64,000 bases of DNA, from NCBI GenBank assembly GCA_937982115.1, contig CALJNE010000008.1, forward strand, positions 635-64,634. Reading direction: 5' to 3'. Within the stretch, counting starts at the first letter, position 1. Each line of letters begins with the position of its first letter. The DNA is from an uncultured Bacteroidales bacterium (lineage in GTDB: Bacteria; Bacteroidota; Bacteroidia; Bacteroidales; ML635J-15). Positions 59,909-64,000 of this stretch are shown one piece after another. The notes beneath the pieces are model-generated. The model did no database searches. It saw nothing but the letters and a program-made list of their open reading frames with translations, and was not told the DNA's origin. The position numbers and the translations under genes were made by a program.

Positions 59909-59947
59909 GTGTGATGGGGCTTCCGAAGTTTCGGAGCTTAGTAGCAC
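59909..59947 (+). promoter_or_regulatory. Candidate bL25-binding leader hairpin in the rplY 5' UTR (loop E-like motif)
   Basis: GUGU-GAUG-GGGCUUCCGA-AGUU-UCGGAGCUU-AGUA-GCAC. Confidence 0.55.
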
Positions 59948-59964
59948 AAAAAAATTATTTTGTT

Positions 59965-60540
59965 ATGAAACATTTTGAATTAATTGGTGAATTAAGAGAA
60001 GATTTAGGAAAAAAAGCTTCACAAAAGTTGAGAAAAGAAAACAAAATTCCGTGTGTATTGTACGGTAATGGAGAAAACTTACATTTTTTCGTAACTGAAA
60101 ATGCAGTAAGAAAACTTGTTTATACTCCGGACGTTATGTTTGTAGATTTAAAAGTTGGAAATAGCATGAAATATGCTGTTTTAAAACAAATTCAGTTTCA
60201 TCCGGTAAGTGATAAAATTATTCACATTGATTTTCAAGAAATTACTGAATCAAAGCCTGTTTCAATCCATATTCCATTAAAGATAACAGGAAATTCTCCC
60301 GGTGTTAGAGCAGGTGGTAAGCTCAAACAAAATATGCGTATGATTGGTGTAAAAGGTTTAATGAAAGATATTCCTGATTTTTACACAGTAAGTATTGATA
60401 ATTTGAAAATAGGTGATTCAATTAGAATCAGGGATTTACAATCTGATACGCTGGAATTCACCGATAACAAAAACAGCTTTGTAGTATCGGTATTGGCAAC
60501 AAGAGGAGCTTCAGCTGCTGCACAAGATGCAACTGAATAA
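59965..60540 (+). CDS. rplY: 50S ribosomal protein L25/general stress protein Ctc (start MKHFEL at 59965)
   Basis: GKKASQKLR...IPCVLYG, QFHPVSD.IIHIDF, G.SPGVRAGG. Confidence 0.97.
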   Translation: MKHFELIGELREDLGKKASQKLRKENKIPCVLYGNGENLHFFVTENAVRKLVYTPDVMFVDLKVGNSMKYAVLKQIQFHPVSDKIIHIDFQEITESKPVSIHIPLKITGNSPGVRAGGKLKQNMRMIGVKGLMKDIPDFYTVSIDNLKIGDSIRIRDLQSDTLEFTDNKNSFVVSVLATRGASAAAQDATE

Positions 60541-60557
60541 TTTCCTTCAATGGTTTT

Positions 60558-61121
60558 ATGAAATATCTCATAGTAGGATTAGGGAATCCCGGCGAAAAAT
60601 ACAAAAATACACGTCATAATATAGGATATAGAGTGCTGGACTTTCTTGCTGAAAGTGCCGGCTTTTCTTTTTCTGATAAACGCTATGGCTATGTTTCTGA
60701 AATGAAGCATAAAGGTAAAACTTTAATTCTTGTAAAACCAACTACATACATGAATTTGAGCGGTAAAGCTGTAAATTACTATTTGCAAGCCGAAAAAATT
60801 CCAATTGAGAATTTAATGGTAGTTGTGGATGATTTATCTCTGGAACTTGGAAAAATTCGCATCAAAGCAAAAGGCAGTAGTGGTGGACATAATGGACTGC
60901 AAAATATTCAAGATATACTCGGAACCGTAAATTATAATCGTCTGAGATTCGGTATAGGAAATAATTTTCATCAAGGCGGACAGGTAGATTATGTTTTAGG
61001 AGAGTGGACAGATGATGAATTGAAAATTTTGCCCGAAAGAATAGAACTGGCTGCAGAAGCAATTAAAAGTTTTCCCATTATCGGTATAGACAGAACTATG
61101 AACTATTATAATAATAAATAA
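60558..61121 (+). CDS. pth: Peptidyl-tRNA hydrolase
   Basis: LIVGLGNPG..Y..TRHNIG, KPTTYMNLSG, VDDL, GGHNG. Confidence 0.98.
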   Translation: MKYLIVGLGNPGEKYKNTRHNIGYRVLDFLAESAGFSFSDKRYGYVSEMKHKGKTLILVKPTTYMNLSGKAVNYYLQAEKIPIENLMVVVDDLSLELGKIRIKAKGSSGGHNGLQNIQDILGTVNYNRLRFGIGNNFHQGGQVDYVLGEWTDDELKILPERIELAAEAIKSFPIIGIDRTMNYYNNK

Positions 61122-61921
61122 TGCAACAAAAACAAAATTATAGAAACTTTGCTTCTAGGTTAGCCGGCTATGTTTCAAATGTCAAGAAACCACGGTGTTT
61201 TGTGAAGTTTTTGATTGCATTATTTCGACTTATTTATCGTATAAAACTTGATGAATACATTGTTCCGACAGGTGGTTTTGTGAGTTTTAATGATTTTTTT
61301 ACTCGAAAAATAAAAACGCAATGCAGACCTTTAAGTGATGCAAAAATAATTTCTCCTGTTGATGGAAAGATTGTTGATTACGGTATTATTGATAAGGAGA
61401 AAAAAATTTTCGTAAAACATAACTTCTATTATCTCGAGGATTTGATTTCTGATAATCACAATCTTAATTACAATTCTTACATAATAATATATTTGTCTCC
61501 GCGAAATTATCACAGAGTTCATACTCCGTTTAGTTGCAAGATAAACACAGTGGATTATTTTCCGGGAACTCTTTTTTCGGTAAGGAACAAAACCGTGATG
61601 AAACGAGATAACGTGTTTTGTCGTAACGAAAGAATTGTGATCAATGGGACATCTGAAAACGGAAATTTTCGTCTGGTTATGGTGGGAGCGATGATTGTGG
61701 GAAAAATAAAATTATCTTTCGACGATGAAATTCAAACTAACATTAAAAAGGGAAGCCGGATTCACAAACATTACATGCCCGAAATAATTATTGAAAAAGG
61801 CGAGGAGCTGGGTTTATTTGAGTTAGGTTCAACAGTAATTCTATTGATGTCGGATGATTCTTTAAATAAGGTTATAAGAGCAAAAAATTCTGAAGTGAAA
61901 GTGGGAGAGGCTATTGTTTAA
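61121..61921 (+). CDS. psd: Phosphatidylserine decarboxylase proenzyme
   Basis: SFNDFFTR, SPVDG, YLSP.NYHRVH, NER, self-cleavage motif ELGSTV. Confidence 0.93.
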   Translation: MQQKQNYRNFASRLAGYVSNVKKPRCFVKFLIALFRLIYRIKLDEYIVPTGGFVSFNDFFTRKIKTQCRPLSDAKIISPVDGKIVDYGIIDKEKKIFVKHNFYYLEDLISDNHNLNYNSYIIIYLSPRNYHRVHTPFSCKINTVDYFPGTLFSVRNKTVMKRDNVFCRNERIVINGTSENGNFRLVMVGAMIVGKIKLSFDDEIQTNIKKGSRIHKHYMPEIIIEKGEELGLFELGSTVILLMSDDSLNKVIRAKNSEVKVGEAIV

Positions 61922-63444
61922 AAAGGAGACTCTTTTTCCGAAAATGAAGTATCGAAATCGGTATTGTCCATAAGGTCGTTATTAGAAGATAAACTGTTGA
62001 GTTTTGATTGATAAATATTTCCGACTAATTCTTGATAATCTTCGGACTCATCATAATCAGAAAATTTTGCAAATTGTTTAATAAATTTCAAATAAGCAGA
62101 ACCTGTAGCTCCGTTTCTGTGTTTTGCAATAATTATTTCGGCTAATCCTGCGGTAGGTTTACCATCTGCGTCTGCTGTGATTCCGTAGTATTCTGGACGG
62201 TGTATAAACAAAACCATATCAGCATCCTGCTCAATAGCTCCTGATTCTCTGAGGTCGGAAAGTTGAGGTCGTTTATCTCCGGATCTTGATTCTACCGAAC
62301 GATTCAACTGCGAAAGAGCCAGAATAGGTATGTTTAATTCTTTAGCAATACTTTTCAGAGAGCGTGATATTGTACTAACTTCCTGTTCTCTGTTCCCTTT
62401 AAGGTCAATGCCGGCTGTCATCAATTGCAAATAGTCAATAATAACACATTGGATATTATGAGCTTTTACAAGTCGTCGTAGTTTTGCTCGAAGTTCAAAA
62501 ATCGAAATTGCCGGGGTATCATCAATAAATATTGGTGCTGCTTCCAATGCTTTTAGCTTATTTTCGAGTTGGTTCCATTCGCTTTCTGCAAGGTCTCCTG
62601 TGCGTAATTTGTCATTAGGAATTTCGGATTCTGCTGCCATCAAACGATTAACAAGCTGTAGGGACGACATTTCGAGCGAGAAGAAAGCTATCGGACGGTT
62701 ATGTTGAACAGCCATGTTGCGAGCCATAGATAGCACAAATGCAGTTTTTCCCATAGAAGGTCTTGCAGCTATAATAACGAGGTCGGATTTTTGCCAACCC
62801 GAAGTGTATCTGTCAATTGCCGTAAAACCGCTTGGTACACCGAGAAGTTTATTTTTGTTTTTACTGGCTTCTTCAATTTCGGAAATAGCTTTTGCGACTA
62901 AAGAATTAATTTGAACGGTTTCACTTTTGATAGTTCCTTGTGAAATATTGAAAATTTCGGATTCTGCGAAGTTCAATAACTCGTCAACATCCTCGGATTC
63001 TTCGTAAGCTTTTTGTTGAATTTCAATAGCAGACTTAATAAGTTCTCTTTGAATGTACTTTTGTTGAACCAGCTTAGCATGAAATTCAAGGTGTGATGCC
63101 GAGGCAACTTTATTTGTAAGCTCAGATAAATACAATTCGCCGCCAATAATGTCAAGTTTATCTTTTGCTTTAAGTTCATGAGCAACAGTAATAATATCAA
63201 TGGGTCTGTTTGATTTTCCAAGATTTTGAATTGCTTGATAAATTTCTTGGTGTATCTGATCATAAAACGATTCCGGTTTTAGAGTTTCCACCACCAGATG
63301 AAAAGAATCCGGCTGAATTAATAATGCTCCCAGCACTGCTTGTTCTAATTCGGGCGATTGTGGAGGAACTTTTCCGTAAAGTGAATTAATGTTTTCTAAA
63401 ATATCTGTCTGATTATTAGTCTTTTTTCTTTTTGTTTCTGCCAT
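61918..63444 (-). CDS. dnaB: Replicative DNA helicase (start MAETK at 63444); no intein
   Basis: PPQS.E.EQAVLG, AARPSMGKT, FSLEMS, IDYLQL, LSQLNR, SDLRESGAIEQDAD, KHRNG. Confidence 0.99.
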   Translation of the reverse strand: MAETKRKKTNNQTDILENINSLYGKVPPQSPELEQAVLGALLIQPDSFHLVVETLKPESFYDQIHQEIYQAIQNLGKSNRPIDIITVAHELKAKDKLDIIGGELYLSELTNKVASASHLEFHAKLVQQKYIQRELIKSAIEIQQKAYEESEDVDELLNFAESEIFNISQGTIKSETVQINSLVAKAISEIEEASKNKNKLLGVPSGFTAIDRYTSGWQKSDLVIIAARPSMGKTAFVLSMARNMAVQHNRPIAFFSLEMSSLQLVNRLMAAESEIPNDKLRTGDLAESEWNQLENKLKALEAAPIFIDDTPAISIFELRAKLRRLVKAHNIQCVIIDYLQLMTAGIDLKGNREQEVSTISRSLKSIAKELNIPILALSQLNRSVESRSGDKRPQLSDLRESGAIEQDADMVLFIHRPEYYGITADADGKPTAGLAEIIIAKHRNGATGSAYLKFIKQFAKFSDYDESEDYQELVGNIYQSKLNSLSSNNDLMDNTDFDTSFSEKESPF

Positions 63445-63629
63445 TGATTTTATAATTTTCGTTTCTTTCAAATTTAGATATTTATCTTTTAAGTTTTCTT
63501 AATGTTAATTTTTTTATGAGGAGTTTTTATAAACAATTTTTTTTTGATAAAATGTTTATAACTTTTATGTTTTAAATTTTGTTTTGACAATATTTTTAAA
63601 AAGTCTATATTTACATAAATATTATTTTT

Positions 63630-64000
63630 ATGATTATTGCCGAAAATATCCATAAATCATACGGAAAACTTGAAGTGCTTAAGGGCATTACGCTTGAGGT
63701 AGAAAAGTCGAAAGTAGTTTCTATTCTTGGAGCAAGTGGAGCCGGAAAGACAACTTTGTTGCAAATATTAGGGACGTTATTGAAGCCCGATCAAGGAAAG
63801 GTTTTTATCAACGGAGTTGAGGTTTTTGGAATGAACGAAAAAAAAATGGCTACCTTTAGAAATTCTGAGATAGGTTTTGTTTTTCAGTTTCATCATCTTC
63901 TACCGGAGTTTACCGCACTCGAAAATGTAATGATACCTGCTTTAATTGCCAAAAAAAATAAAAACCAAATTAAAAACGAAGCTCTCGAAATTATGGAAGC
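63630..64000 (+). CDS. lolD: ABC transporter ATP-binding protein, LolD-like; runs off the window end
   Basis: [12 protein letters not shown]...GASGAGKTT (Walker A), [23 protein letters not shown]. Confidence 0.75.
   Translation, partial: MIIAENIHKSYGKLEVLKGITLEVEKSKVVSILGASGAGKTTLLQILGTLLKPDQGKVFINGVEVFGMNEKKMATFRNSEIGFVFQFHHLLPEFTALENVMIPALIAKKNKNQIKNEALEIME

Noticed and set aside
61918-61921. psd and dnaB stop codons overlap in TTAA; the SPOR gene and the 543-aa gene abut at 50370/50371
   Set aside because: Tight convergent packing is common in compact AT-rich genomes, and nothing suggests regulation.
949-63263. Numerous 60-160 aa ORFs antisense to or nested in long genes (e.g. 949-1215, 4878-5204, 21350-21709, 31163-31561, 38901-39374, 62973-63263)
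   Set aside because: They are shadows of well-supported genes, with no motifs, promoters or plausible composition.
61918-63444. Intein in DnaB
   Set aside because: Length (508 aa) and motif spacing are normal, with no insertion.
1-64000. CRISPR arrays, tRNA/rRNA/tmRNA, IS elements, integrases, DGR or invertible promoters
   Set aside because: By eye I found no spaced direct repeats, tRNA arms, transposase/recombinase/RT ORFs or paired inverted repeats around promoters.

Overview
AT-rich chromosomal window from a Bacteroidota (Bacteroidales-like, probably anaerobic) genome. Taxonomic evidence: TAnnTTTG -7 promoter boxes, four T9SS type-A cargo proteins and a Bacteroidota-type dcw cluster. Housekeeping core: thrS-infC-rpmI-rplT, cca, trxA, uvrB, rarA, mraZ to ftsZ plus yqeY, sufS, rplY-pth-psd, dnaB and a partial lolD-like gene. 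Accessory content: a repeat-rich T9SS adhesin (5'-truncated), two tandem T9SS papain-fold proteases with a Ca-loop insert, an nrfHA-ccs nitrite-ammonification operon whose divergent Crp/Fnr (HcpR-like) regulator carries three lesions, an exported metacaspase-like protease paired with a small secreted protein (both rich in Arg-Gly motifs), a baeRF3/Balon-like factor, a probable glycine-lipid acyltransferase pair, a PafA-like protein with degenerate metal ligands, an Omp28-type T9SS protein and a TMTC-like GT-C/TPR glycosyltransferase. Several intergenic regions fold into unexplained RNA structures. The best are an rplY 5' leader that reproduces the 5S rRNA loop E GAUG/AGUA motif, a 6S-like rod downstream of rplT, and two orphan hairpin elements (about 10.7 kb and 54.3 kb). 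I saw no CRISPR array, rRNA, tRNA, integrase or transposase. All family assignments come from motif recognition by eye and all RNA folds were paired by hand; no searches or folding programs were run.
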